A stretch of DNA of 64,000 bases. Source: Bacteroidales bacterium. GTDB taxonomy: Bacteria > Bacteroidota > Bacteroidia > Bacteroidales > F082. Both the position numbers and the translations under genes were made by a program. The stretch's first letter is position 1. Every line of letters begins with the position of its first letter. A model generated the notes under the pieces. It saw only the letters and a list, made by a program, of their open reading frames with translations, was not told where the DNA came from and did not search any database. The stretch covers positions 18,283 to 82,282 of the forward strand of contig JAKSMX010000010.1 of the NCBI GenBank assembly GCA_024400305.1. Direction: 5' to 3'. This document shows, piece by piece, positions 10,801 through 20,291 of the stretch.

Positions 10801-11853
10801 TACACTTGGTACAACGAAAAGACAGATAGTCACGATGTCAACAACGAATTCTACACGACAAACGGCATGAACTTCAAGCCTGGCCGCGGATACCTCGCAT
10901 CTTTCGGAAGCGACGCCACAATGTCGTTTGTTGGGGTTCTCAACACGGGCGAGGTCACAATCCCCGTCACCGCCAGCTCTTCTTCGAATCTGAAAGGTTT
11001 CAACCTCATCGGAAATCCGTACCCGTGCAGCATCGACTGGGACACCGAAAACGGGTGGGGCCGTGATGTGCTCGGTGAAAATCCTTATATCTGGATCTAC
11101 AACGACGATGTCCACCAGTACGGTGCCTATCAGCTTGGAAATGAAGGCGTTGGGACAAACGGCGTGACAAACGTCATCGCTTCCTGTCAGGGGTTCTTCG
11201 TCAAAGCCCTTGATAATGGAAACATTACTATCGACAACGATGTCAAGACAACAGGGACCGGAACATTCCGCAAAGGAAACGATTCAAAATCAATAAGCAT
11301 CAAGGTCACGGGACGTAACGGAAGCGATGAGGTGATGATTTGCCTGACCAACGGAAAACTCAACAACGCCGAGAAACTTTTCAGCAGAAGTGAGACGGTT
11401 CCGTCGTTGTATCTGAAAATCGACGGCGAGAAATATTCAATAGTCAATGTCGATGAAAACGAAGCATTCACAATCCCGATGGGATTCGAGTGCGGCACAA
11501 CAGGGAGATTCACCATTTCTTCAGATTCAGACGTTGAACTTGTCGATATCCTTACAGGAAATGTAATTAATTTACATTCAAATAGTTATGAATTTATCGG
11601 CTCAATGGCTGATAACAGCAACAGATTCATGATAAGGATTTCAAACGACTCTGAATACGATGAGTTTGTGTATCAGAATGGCAAAGAGCTTATCGTGAAA
11701 GGAAACGGACGTGTTCAGGTCTTCGACTGTCTCGGCAGAATTGTCATCGATGAGTTTGTGCACAATGGGAAGATAGACGCAAGTGCCTTGAACACAGGTG
11801 TTTACGTTGTCAGAACGGAAAACAGGAATCAAAAAATAGTAATAAAACAATGA
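7861..11853 (+). CDS. M6-family (immune inhibitor A-like) zinc metalloprotease with Fn3 modules and a T9SS C-terminal sorting domain
   Basis: Signal peptide, a zinc site MCHEMNHSLGAPDLY (HExxH), Fn3-like TLTWDAVEDIESYSV, and a C-terminal tail ...NTGVYVVRTENRNQKIVIKQ. Confidence 0.75.
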   Translation: MKRTLFFIVMFGFSFFAKAAYLENVPMTLTQPDGTKLECFASGDEFYNYLHDAQGFTIIQDHATGFYVYADLQDGELVPTDLVAGRSNPADRLKPYLNISPEKRMERRKAWDVPEHLRKPEVRNRDTNHGTLNNLVIFIRFADDGEFENTFSSVNNMFNENQSGVSMQSYFKEVSYNQINIPTTFYPAPDGEKILSYQDTYYRSFFQPYDATTNPNGYNGDDERTEREHALLERAVNYINANNMIPDDLNVDYNKDGYVDNVCFVVRGNVGAWSSLLWPHQWSLYTREVYINGKMVWTFNFQLADAVNNFNTSTMCHEMNHSLGAPDLYHYSYTGPTPVGTWDLMQSNATPPQHMGAYMKYMYGNWIDEIPEITEPGVYTLHDISSSTNNCYKIASPESKQYYVLEYRKKSVETAIPGTGLLIYRINTYEEGYGNRYWDGVTRFDEVYIFRPGGTTTAEGSINSAYFSAGSGRTAFDATTNPKPFLIDGTVDNGLMISGISAAGETISFIVGSTCDAPTNLTASLSGNEVTLTWDAVEDIESYSVIRNGAVVADNVSITTYVDNLNSYGTYSYCVKSNCPDGGNSMASNSANVNYAYPGPVVTDLTGDVDGNIVTLEWTEPESRTAELHYGTSLATIASYNYWAQVYEPSQLADCFGMAVSRISFMTYITGKPYTLKIYNGDTPDNTNLIATKSFTPTSSLIWLNVTLDNPAYIDCSKKLWITFYCSASNAITMGFYTNADYAKAMMLSNDGVTYYVPNWNGGNTFSACVKTFLTNGTFTYNISKDGTKIVENQSGSSYFYNETQNGFHKYHVTTNYLGGESQPSNSVYVPAGATKQFLGSVNADWSDNANWLGNSKPTASDAVWVKNDISVNENADVDGLYINKGVTATVSSGNVLSVSNDVESLSTAKWLTVESDGAFASDAFGVNGTVKRQFTVDSKDEITGKWHFMSSPVAAAPVSDFVGNADGQNYDLYLYSEPDYTWYNEKTDSHDVNNEFYTTNGMNFKPGRGYLASFGSDATMSFVGVLNTGEVTIPVTASSSSNLKGFNLIGNPYPCSIDWDTENGWGRDVLGENPYIWIYNDDVHQYGAYQLGNEGVGTNGVTNVIASCQGFFVKALDNGNITIDNDVKTTGTGTFRKGNDSKSISIKVTGRNGSDEVMICLTNGKLNNAEKLFSRSETVPSLYLKIDGEKYSIVNVDENEAFTIPMGFECGTTGRFTISSDSDVELVDILTGNVINLHSNSYEFIGSMADNSNRFMIRISNDSEYDEFVYQNGKELIVKGNGRVQVFDCLGRIVIDEFVHNGKIDASALNTGVYVVRTENRNQKIVIKQ

Positions 11854-12107
11854 AATACCAATACGGAACAGAAGGCACATGCAGTCAGGCGGTCGAATTT
11901 GAGATTGAAGACGGCATTTTGAGAAACGTGCAGTTTCACGGCGGGTGCAATGGCAACACTCAAGGTGTCGCCCGACTCGTCGAAGGGATGAGGGCGGAAG
12001 ACGTAGTTGCCCGCCTCGAGGGGATACGCTGCGGCTTCAAGCCCACATCATGCCCCGACCAACTGAGCCGCGCGATAAAATTCGCTTTGGATAAAAAGGA
12101 GAATTGA
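11850..12107 (+). CDS. TSCPD-domain small protein (TIGR03905-like)
   Basis: Contains HGGCNGN and KPTSCPDQL motifs. The ATGA start/stop overlap with the upstream gene suggests translational coupling. Confidence 0.65.
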   Translation: MKYQYGTEGTCSQAVEFEIEDGILRNVQFHGGCNGNTQGVARLVEGMRAEDVVARLEGIRCGFKPTSCPDQLSRAIKFALDKKEN

Positions 12108-12111
12108 CAAG

Positions 12112-13353
12112 ATGATTTCTGACGTTCAAAATATCAATATCGCGGAATATGATTATCCGCTTCCCGACGGGAGAATAGCGAAATATCCTTTGGCCGAGAG
12201 AGACGCATCGAAACTTTTAGTATTGAGAAACAATGAGATACACGAAGACCATTTCAGGAACATTGGCAAGTATCTTCCTGAAAAATCAGTCTTGGTGTTC
12301 AACGAGACGAAGGTTGTAAGGGCGCGTCTTCAGTTCGTGAAAGACTCCGGTGCCGCCGTCGAGGTGTTTTGCCTCGAGCCGATAACAGGCAACGGCGACT
12401 ATCAATTGGCGTTTTCATCCGAATCGCCGGTCGAATGGCGATGTCTTGTGGGCAACTCCCGCCGCTGGAAAGACGGGAACCTCACTATGCCATTGAAAAT
12501 AAACGAGAAAAATGTCACATTAACCGCCGAGCGCATCGAGAAAAGCGATGCCTATTCGGTGATTCGCTTCTCATGGGAACCGGCGGATGTCAGCTTCGCA
12601 GAGGTGCTTGAAACGGCTGGAGAGATTCCGCTTCCGCCGTATCTTCACCGCGAGGCGGAGGTCAGCGACCGCGAGCGTTATCAGACGGTATTCGCGAAAT
12701 ATGAAGGCTCCGTGGCCGCCCCGACAGCATCACTGCATCTCACCAAACCGCTGATTGCCAAACTGAAAGAACAAGGTCACACTATCGAAGATGTGACGCT
12801 TCATGTCGGAGCGGGGACGTTCCGCCCTGTCGCAACCGATACCATAGGCGAACACGAGATGCACTCCGAATCGATAATAGTAAGGAAACAATGTGTCGAA
12901 CATCTGCGCGACAACATCGAACGCACCATAATCCCCGTAGGCACCACCTCAATGCGCACCATCGAGTCGGTCTATTGGATCGGCGTGATGTTCATCGAGC
13001 AAGGTTTTGAAGAGCGTAACATACATGTAAACCAATGGTTTCCGTATCAAGACAGGACATCGTTGCCGACAGCGAAGGAATCGCTCGACGCTATATTGAA
13101 GTATCTCGACATGCATCATCTCAACACACTTCATGCGACAACCGCCCTGATGATTGCGCCATCGTGCCCGATAATGATTACGAAGGCGATTATCACAAAC
13201 TTCCATCAGCCGAAAAGTACCTTGTTGTTATTGGTGTCGGCTCTCATCGGCGAACGTTGGAAGGACGCATATCAATTCGCTCTCGACCACGACTTCAGGT
13301 TCCTGAGCTACGGTGACAGCTGCCTGTTCATTCCGGACCAGCCCAAATCATAA
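12112..13353 (+). CDS. queA: S-adenosylmethionine:tRNA ribosyltransferase-isomerase
   Basis: YDYPLPDGRIAKYPLAERDASKLLVL, GEIPLPPYL, APTASLH and TTSMRTIES motifs. Confidence 0.9.
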   Translation: MISDVQNINIAEYDYPLPDGRIAKYPLAERDASKLLVLRNNEIHEDHFRNIGKYLPEKSVLVFNETKVVRARLQFVKDSGAAVEVFCLEPITGNGDYQLAFSSESPVEWRCLVGNSRRWKDGNLTMPLKINEKNVTLTAERIEKSDAYSVIRFSWEPADVSFAEVLETAGEIPLPPYLHREAEVSDRERYQTVFAKYEGSVAAPTASLHLTKPLIAKLKEQGHTIEDVTLHVGAGTFRPVATDTIGEHEMHSESIIVRKQCVEHLRDNIERTIIPVGTTSMRTIESVYWIGVMFIEQGFEERNIHVNQWFPYQDRTSLPTAKESLDAILKYLDMHHLNTLHATTALMIAPSCPIMITKAIITNFHQPKSTLLLLVSALIGERWKDAYQFALDHDFRFLSYGDSCLFIPDQPKS

Positions 13354-13361
13354 AACAATCC

Positions 13362-13399
13362 GCTGGCGCACAAAGTAGAGAAACACCTTGTGCGCCAGC
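13362..13399. terminator. bidirectional hairpin between convergent queA and C25 paralog 1
   Basis: 12-bp perfect stem gctggcgcacaa / ttgtgcgccagc with a 14-nt loop. Confidence 0.6.
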
Positions 13400-13425
13400 A
13401 GTTTGTGTTATGGCTTGGATTACGG

Positions 13426-16400
13426 TTATTGTCTAACCACCTTTTCCACCTTATTATTAATATTGATGAAATACATTCCGGCATCCAAGTCAGAAATGTT
13501 CACCTGAACGGTTCCCGACATTCCGTCAAGGCGTTTAACAACTTGGCCGAGACTGTTGTAAATCACAATGTCTGATGCATTCTCACCGAGTTCAATGTTG
13601 ATGACATCCGTCGCAGGATTCGGATAGACGTTCACGTTCTGCTCGGTAACGGTCTCGACATCGGTGATGACTGTCGTCGGCGGGAACACCACATTGTCAA
13701 TCCATGCGCAGTCGCTGCCGCTTGTCGAATACACGTCCTTGGTGTATTCCCACTTGAGCGTGTGAGTGCCGGCCGGAATGGTATATGAAGCCTGTGTCCA
13801 TGCCACCTCGCCCGACCAATTGCCTTTCTCGTTGTTGTCGATGTAGAAATGCAGCTTGTCGTAACCTGCCTCCGAAGAGACCTTGTAATAGAAACTCACC
13901 GGAGCTTCCTGAGCCACAGTCACGGAGATGTAAAGTGATGTCGTGCCGTAATCATCTATCATTGAAGACCTTGCGCAATACATTCCTTCAAACGGGTTCT
14001 CCGTCACGACCTCCCATGCTGTCACGACAGTGCCGTGATGCCAGTCGAATGAGCTGAAGTCGCCGGTCTCGAAGTCTTCCATCGAAGTGCCTATCGAGAG
14101 GTAATATGAATCTTCAACAATATAATTTCCGTAGTATGAAGCGAAAATCAGTTCATACTGAACGCCAGTCAGAGCGTCTTCGCTCAATGTGAATGCGTAG
14201 TCAATTGTATATTCCTCGCCAGCCGCGATTGCGTCAAGATGCCACTCGTCCTGTTCGGCAACGATTTCAGGATGTGAGTTGAACACAGCGAAGACCGCTG
14301 ACGGGACAGCCGCGCCGCCGTTGTTTTTCATTGTAAAATGCAATGTCGCACTCTCGCCAGGGTTGACGGCGTTGCCGTTTTCGCCTTCAAGTTCGATGCT
14401 TACGACCTGAAATTCAAGGGCATAGATTCTCGCATTGAAATGGCTCTCCCATGTCTCGCTGCCGTTGGTGCAGACAAGGTTGAATCGGACCGGAGTGTTG
14501 TCAGGGACATCGTCGCTGACGGTGAATCCAAATGCGTTTTCGAGTGTGAAACTTTGGTTTCCGGCGATGTTTCCGACAGATGCTGTAGCTTCGTTTATGG
14601 TGACGTATTCGCTGTCGCATGAAAGTGTGGCTGTCACGCCGTCTGCGCCGACGCTACCCACGTTTTTGACAACCAAATTGAAAGCGTTTGTCGTCGCGAA
14701 GTCGATTTGGCTTGCGCCGTTGGCGAGTTCATAGCTGTCATATACTATATAAGGTGTGTCGCTCGGCACAGCCATCAGCTCGACAGTCTGCGGCCATGCG
14801 TTCATTCCCATGACCTTCATCGTCATCTCACCGACAGCGGTGAGGCCTCCTTCAAATGTTATCTCTGCGATGCCGTTTTCATCTGTCGTCCCCATCGCGA
14901 TGACATCGCCGTCCATATAGACGAGACAGCGGAAGTTCTTCGCCGGGTTGCCGTTGGCATCGACGATTTCGACTTCAAAAGACTGTGTTCCGAGTACGAT
15001 CTGTGCGGGACACGTGACTTCGGCTTCCATCGGTTCGTCGGTCCACACGCTGACGGCACCGTCACCGAGGACGTTCATGTCGTAGAAGTTCCATCTCAAC
15101 GCGCCTTCCTCCCACTGTCCCGGAGCCGTGACCCAAGGGGCAGTCTCGCATTTGCCGTCGGCCTGTGCGCAGCTGAGGAAATGGATGCGGTCGTAGAACT
15201 GTGCGTCGGTCATCTCTCTCTCGAGGTGCGCGCCGGGACCTTCGGTCTGACCTTCGTTGAACCAGCCGTAACGTGAGTTGCCGATGACGGCGACGGCGAA
15301 GTTGCTGATTGTCACCATCTTTTCAAGGATACACGACTCGTCGAAAGCACCGCAGTCGCAGCCCTGTGAATGGAAGAACGTGTAGTTATGGTCAACGCCG
15401 TTGGCACCGGAGAAGTCACCGTTCGAGACGCTGTACCAACCGGCGACGTAGCTTGAGTTGGCGTGACCGTCGTGATGCACGTAGCTCGTGCCTGCGTTGA
15501 TGGCCTGTTTCAAACCAGAAGCACTCCATGTGCCTTCCTCTTCATACATCTTTGTGAAATCGTAATCCTCTGGATAACAAGTCGTTGTGTAGCCATTGTC
15601 ATCATGTGTGCCGATAAGGAGTTCAAGGTAATCAGAGCCGTTCGATTCAGGGTTATCATAAAGATGCTCGCCCGCCAAAATGACTTTATGAAACTCGCCG
15701 AGGACAGGTTCCTGCTGGTATTTCAAAGTCTTGTTAATCATGTTGGCAAGCTCCGACGCATTCTTGAACGACATGCGGCTGATTCCGACTTCAGGGAGAA
15801 GGTCGTCTTCGCCCGGCTCGCCCCAGCGGTTGTTGCCGTTGTCGTTCCATGTACCGTCAAGGCCTGAATAATAAAGGTCGGCGGGGATGCCATTGTCAGT
15901 CATGTGTTCGCCGCCGGAAAGCACGTCGCAGTAGAAGCCGCGGAACGGCACAATGTTGACATCACCACCGAGAACCACCATCATGATACCGTTGTTCTGG
16001 TATTCCTGAATGATGTAATTACGTATCTTATCCTGATTATCAACACCTGTCATTGAAGCGTAAATATCTGATACCAAAGCGATTTGGTTACGGACACCTA
16101 TGCTGTTGTAATAATTCTGATATTCAGCATAACCATCGACATATTCACTCGACGTGATGATAAGGAGGTCGTAGCCGGTAACTTCGCGTCCGCGTGTCTG
16201 ATAACTCTCAATCATCTCAGGATTCTGTGCCAACTTACTGATTCTGTTCGAGATGGCATTGGTTTTCCAAAGCATTACGCTGTGGTCGGTCTTTGATGAA
16301 GCGAGGTTCACACGCACCGTGGCGGTCTTTGCAAACATCACCTTTCCTGTTGCCGGAATATATTGCACCGGCGTGAACGACGAGAACGCAAAGCCGAAGC

Positions 16401-16809
16401 CGTTGAGGTATTGTGTTATCACAACGCCATGATTTTCAACTGGATAGATGCCTTTTGACGCATAAATCGCCTCGTCTTTGACTAACTTCTTCGGAATGAT
16501 GTCGTTCATCGTCCTTGAAGGCTGATAAGGGAATAGGTTGATATTTTCTCCAACTTCCTGAAAATCAGAAAGTTCAACCTCAATTGATTCAGCTTCTGTA
16601 CCTTGTGGCAGCAAAAGGCTGACTGCGTAATACGGCAACGAAGGCTGACCCTGAAGAGCCGACTGCATCGTTCCGTCAAACATAACCTGCTGATAACCGC
16701 GGAGTTCCGTGACCTGCGGGTTATCAAAATGATAAGTCTTTTCAACTGTCTGGGCTTTGATGACAAAGCTGAAAACCGACAGAAGGACTAAAAGCGTGAG
16801 TTTTTTCAT
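13426..16809 (-). CDS. peptidase C25 (gingipain-like cysteine protease), T9SS cargo, paralog 1
   Basis: Signal peptide MKKLTLLVLLSVFSFVIKAQ. Candidate catalytic His (YVHHDGHANSSYVAGW) and Cys (FFHSQGCDCGAFDE). Jelly-roll-like EDFETGDFSSFDW module. T9SS tail VYPNPATDVINIEL...GMYFININ. Confidence 0.8.
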   Translation of the reverse strand: MKKLTLLVLLSVFSFVIKAQTVEKTYHFDNPQVTELRGYQQVMFDGTMQSALQGQPSLPYYAVSLLLPQGTEAESIEVELSDFQEVGENINLFPYQPSRTMNDIIPKKLVKDEAIYASKGIYPVENHGVVITQYLNGFGFAFSSFTPVQYIPATGKVMFAKTATVRVNLASSKTDHSVMLWKTNAISNRISKLAQNPEMIESYQTRGREVTGYDLLIITSSEYVDGYAEYQNYYNSIGVRNQIALVSDIYASMTGVDNQDKIRNYIIQEYQNNGIMMVVLGGDVNIVPFRGFYCDVLSGGEHMTDNGIPADLYYSGLDGTWNDNGNNRWGEPGEDDLLPEVGISRMSFKNASELANMINKTLKYQQEPVLGEFHKVILAGEHLYDNPESNGSDYLELLIGTHDDNGYTTTCYPEDYDFTKMYEEEGTWSASGLKQAINAGTSYVHHDGHANSSYVAGWYSVSNGDFSGANGVDHNYTFFHSQGCDCGAFDESCILEKMVTISNFAVAVIGNSRYGWFNEGQTEGPGAHLEREMTDAQFYDRIHFLSCAQADGKCETAPWVTAPGQWEEGALRWNFYDMNVLGDGAVSVWTDEPMEAEVTCPAQIVLGTQSFEVEIVDANGNPAKNFRCLVYMDGDVIAMGTTDENGIAEITFEGGLTAVGEMTMKVMGMNAWPQTVELMAVPSDTPYIVYDSYELANGASQIDFATTNAFNLVVKNVGSVGADGVTATLSCDSEYVTINEATASVGNIAGNQSFTLENAFGFTVSDDVPDNTPVRFNLVCTNGSETWESHFNARIYALEFQVVSIELEGENGNAVNPGESATLHFTMKNNGGAAVPSAVFAVFNSHPEIVAEQDEWHLDAIAAGEEYTIDYAFTLSEDALTGVQYELIFASYYGNYIVEDSYYLSIGTSMEDFETGDFSSFDWHHGTVVTAWEVVTENPFEGMYCARSSMIDDYGTTSLYISVTVAQEAPVSFYYKVSSEAGYDKLHFYIDNNEKGNWSGEVAWTQASYTIPAGTHTLKWEYTKDVYSTSGSDCAWIDNVVFPPTTVITDVETVTEQNVNVYPNPATDVINIELGENASDIVIYNSLGQVVKRLDGMSGTVQVNISDLDAGMYFININNKVEKVVRQ

Positions 16810-16837
16810 TTTATTATTATTCTTTGTGTGTTTCTCT

Positions 16838-16864
16838 TACTGATATGGAACCGCTACGTGGTTC
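16838..16864 (-). repeat. REP-like 27-nt element (single copy)
   Basis: The reverse complement is GAACCACGTAGCGGTTCCATATCAGTA. It lies downstream of paralog 2 and 29 nt upstream of the paralog 1 start. Confidence 0.85.
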
Positions 16865-16876
16865 TTTTGCAAGGTA

Positions 16877-19800
16877 TTATTCTTTTATGAATTTTTGTGT
16901 TTTTCCATTAATATTAATAAGGTATATGCCCGTTTCTTTTTCAGAAAGGTCGATGTTCAAACTCTGCGAAGCGTTTTCATTCTCATAAACCATTTGTCCA
17001 AGAGAATTGAAAATTTTCACAACATTCTGATTATCATCAAGATTCAAGACAAATCTCCCGTTATTGGGATTCGGATAAATCTCAAATTCATCTTCCGAAT
17101 AAGAATATATACCGGTTATCGTGGCTGTCGGCGGCAGGGTGATGTCATCGAGCCATGCGCAGTCATCTCCGGAAGTCGTGGCACCGTCTTTTGCATAGAA
17201 CCATCTCAGCTGATGATGGCCGTAGGTGATATCGAAGGCAGAACGACTCCAGTTCACATTGCCCGACCACTCGCCCATCATCTCATCGTCGATGTAGAAG
17301 AAAAACTTGTCCCAGCCTTGCTCTGACGACACCTTTTTGAAAAATATAATCTGGTCATTTCCATAGACATCCATTTCCATCACAAGACTTGACTTCAGAT
17401 TATCAGCAATCGGTGCCGACTTTGCGCAATATGTGCCGCCGTGTGGGCTTTCTGTCACGACAGTCCAAGGATGCTCTTCATCATTCTGCCAGTCGAAAGC
17501 CGAAAAATCACCTGTCTCGAAGTCTTCGACAGAATGTCCGACTGCAATGGCGTATTTCCCATAATAGAAATATTTACCATTGTAAACGCATGTAATCAAT
17601 TCATAATTAACACCTTGCAGTGCATCTGGCGAGAGGGTGACAGGATAGTCAGCGATGAAGTCGTCACCTACATTCAAAGCCTCTATCTCAAATACATTCT
17701 CTCCGTTTTCTATTTCAGGATGTGAGTTATAAACGGCAAAATTGAGGTTACTTGCATCGGCATGACCGACATTTTCGACCATAAAATGAATCACTGCACT
17801 CTCGCCCGGTTGCATCTGTCCGTCGCCGCCGTCTTCAATCACGACATCGACAACATCAAAAGCGGGTGCGCTCACGACCTCTTCAAATGAGTTTGTCCAC
17901 ACTTCATCGCCATCGGTACACTCAATGTCGAAATGCAAAACATGCCTGTCAGGGACATTGCATTTCACCTTTATCTCGAAAGCATCCTTGATTCTGACAG
18001 TTTCAAGGCTTCCGATGTTCTCGATAAGTGCAGAATCATTGATTATTTTGAGATATTGGTCATCGCAGACAAGTTTAGCCACGATATTCTGGGCTGCCGT
18101 AGCGCCATAGTTTTTGAAATTGACGTCAAAAGTGAACTGTGTATTGTACGTGATTTCGCCTTCCACATTAACTATGTGGCTGTCATAAATGACATAAGGT
18201 GCATCCATGATGTTTGATTGTATCGTCTTCTCTTGCGGCCATGCGTTCATCCCGGTCACCACGAGACGGAGTTCACCTTCATGGCTCAACGGTTTGCCGA
18301 ACACGACATTTGCAACATTGTTTTCGTCTGTCTCGCCAAATCCGACAAGTTGATTGTCAGCGAACAAGCTGCAGCGGAAGCCTTCAAGGACGTCACCAGA
18401 AGCGTTGTTCAGCCGCACTTCCATGGAAGCCGTTCCGAGTGTCAGCTCATCGGCGCAGTCGATATTCACAGTCATCGGTTCATCGAGCCACGTGGCGACG
18501 GCTCCGTCGCCGAGCACGTTAATGTCGTAGAAGTTCCAGCGCAGCGCGGCGTTTTCGCCGTTGAGGGCGTTGACCCACGGAGCGGTCTGGACCTTCGCCT
18601 CCGTCAATGCCAAAGCGAGGTTAGGCATCTTCTCGGTGTATTGAGCATCAGTCATTTCGCGATGCAGATGAGCCGACGGGCCGTCGGTGGTGCCTGGCGA
18701 GAACCAGCCGTAGCGCGAGTTCCCTATTGTCGCCACGCAGAAATTCTGAATCGTGACCATGCGCTCCATGATGCAGTCTTCGTCGAAAGCACCGGCGATG
18801 CAGCCGTGAGAGAAGAAGAACGTGTAGTTGTGCGTGACGCCGTTGACTTGCGAGAAATTGCCGTCGGTGATGTCCCAGTTGTACCAGCCGGCGACGTAGT
18901 TGGCGTTGGCGTGGCCGGCGTGATGCGTGTATTGCCCGCCGAGATTGATCGCGGCCATCAGATCAGAACCGATATTCGCGCCTGTCAACTCATCAACAAC
19001 ATTGAAATCATAAGTCTCCGGGATTCCGTTTGTGGTGTAGCCGTGCTCATCGTGATAGCCGACCGCCATGTTCAGATACTGGCTGCCGTAAGTCGGGCCA
19101 GTGTCGCTCATCCATTCGCTGCCGAACGTAACATGCTGAAACTCACCGAGAACAGGATTCTGCTGATACGTCAAAGTCTTGTGAATCATATTGTTCTGCT
19201 GCTGTGCGTTGTTGAAAGGCAGACGTGCCACGCCGATTTCCGGAAGGAGGTCATCCTCTCCGATCTCGCCCCATTTGTTGTTATTGTTGTCGTTCCATGT
19301 CCCGTCAAGACCTGCAAAATAGAGGTCAGCAGGAATGCTCCAGTCTTCGTACTCATCTGAAACATAACAATATAAGCCGCGACAAGGAACGATGTCGATG
19401 TCACCGCCGAGAATCAAAGTGGAAATGCCGTTGTTCTGATATTCCTGAATGACATAATTGCGGACTTTCTCCGCATTGTCACGACCTTCCATTGATGAAC
19501 AAATCTCCTCTACGGTGGCGACATGTGTTCTCCAGCCGATACTGTTGTAAAACTCGACATATTCATCAAAGCCTCCAACATATTGATTTCCAGTGATAAC
19601 CAAAATATCATAGCCGTCAAACACCAGTTCACACGTCTCGTAAGTCTCCATCATCTCAGGATTTTGGGCGAGCCGTTTCACACTTTCCTTTACGGAAGAT
19701 GTATTCCTCAACATTGCGGAATGATCTGATTTTGAATTACTTGCGTTGATGGTAATTTTCGCTGTCTTTGCGAATGACACTTTTCCCGTCGCCGGAACGT

Positions 19801-20248
19801 ATCTCACCGGAGTGAACGCCGAAAACGCAAAACCATAGCCGTTTTTGAAATTTGTCGAAAGATTCCCTTCATTATTCGAAGGATAAATTTCCTTTGAAGC
19901 ATAAACGGCGTCATTTTTTGCAAAAACAAACTTTTCAGCCTGCGAATAAGGCAGATCGAACTGTTTCGGCAAAAGATTATAAACGCCATCAAGTTCCTGA
20001 AAATCTGACAGTTCCACCTTTAACGAAGCGGCTTCCATCCCGTTCGGAAGAAGCAGGCTCACCGACTGCCACGGAAGACTCGGACAACCGACCTCAGCAT
20101 TTTGCATCGTGCCTTCAAAACTGATTACATCATAATCCATCAACTTACTAACTGACGGATTATCAAAATGATACGTCTTTTCTATCGTCTGAGCTTTGAT
20201 AACAAAACTGAATACCGACAGAATGACTAAAAATGATAACTTTTTCAT
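16877..20248 (-). CDS. peptidase C25 (gingipain-like), T9SS cargo, paralog 2
   Basis: Signal peptide MKKLSFLVILSVFSFVIKAQ. Motifs HHAGHANANYVAGW and FFSHGCIAGAFDE. T9SS tail YPNPNNGRFVLNL...GIYLININGKTQKFIKE. Confidence 0.8.
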   Translation of the reverse strand: MKKLSFLVILSVFSFVIKAQTIEKTYHFDNPSVSKLMDYDVISFEGTMQNAEVGCPSLPWQSVSLLLPNGMEAASLKVELSDFQELDGVYNLLPKQFDLPYSQAEKFVFAKNDAVYASKEIYPSNNEGNLSTNFKNGYGFAFSAFTPVRYVPATGKVSFAKTAKITINASNSKSDHSAMLRNTSSVKESVKRLAQNPEMMETYETCELVFDGYDILVITGNQYVGGFDEYVEFYNSIGWRTHVATVEEICSSMEGRDNAEKVRNYVIQEYQNNGISTLILGGDIDIVPCRGLYCYVSDEYEDWSIPADLYFAGLDGTWNDNNNNKWGEIGEDDLLPEIGVARLPFNNAQQQNNMIHKTLTYQQNPVLGEFQHVTFGSEWMSDTGPTYGSQYLNMAVGYHDEHGYTTNGIPETYDFNVVDELTGANIGSDLMAAINLGGQYTHHAGHANANYVAGWYNWDITDGNFSQVNGVTHNYTFFFSHGCIAGAFDEDCIMERMVTIQNFCVATIGNSRYGWFSPGTTDGPSAHLHREMTDAQYTEKMPNLALALTEAKVQTAPWVNALNGENAALRWNFYDINVLGDGAVATWLDEPMTVNIDCADELTLGTASMEVRLNNASGDVLEGFRCSLFADNQLVGFGETDENNVANVVFGKPLSHEGELRLVVTGMNAWPQEKTIQSNIMDAPYVIYDSHIVNVEGEITYNTQFTFDVNFKNYGATAAQNIVAKLVCDDQYLKIINDSALIENIGSLETVRIKDAFEIKVKCNVPDRHVLHFDIECTDGDEVWTNSFEEVVSAPAFDVVDVVIEDGGDGQMQPGESAVIHFMVENVGHADASNLNFAVYNSHPEIENGENVFEIEALNVGDDFIADYPVTLSPDALQGVNYELITCVYNGKYFYYGKYAIAVGHSVEDFETGDFSAFDWQNDEEHPWTVVTESPHGGTYCAKSAPIADNLKSSLVMEMDVYGNDQIIFFKKVSSEQGWDKFFFYIDDEMMGEWSGNVNWSRSAFDITYGHHQLRWFYAKDGATTSGDDCAWLDDITLPPTATITGIYSYSEDEFEIYPNPNNGRFVLNLDDNQNVVKIFNSLGQMVYENENASQSLNIDLSEKETGIYLININGKTQKFIKE

Positions 20249-20258
20249 GTTACGACTT

Positions 20259-20285
20259 TACTGATATGGAACCGCTACGCGGTTC
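20259..20285 (-). repeat. REP-like 27-nt element (single copy)
   Basis: The reverse complement is GAACCGCGTAGCGGTTCCATATCAGTA. It lies 10 nt upstream of the paralog 2 start. Confidence 0.85.
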
Positions 20286-20291
20286 TTTTTA

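Noticed and set aside
18218-19360. 380-aa plus-strand ORF
   Set aside because: It lies antisense within C25 paralog 2, has no recognisable motifs and has an Arg/Val-rich shadow composition. The same applies to 14707-15276, 21494-22163 and 22356-22760.
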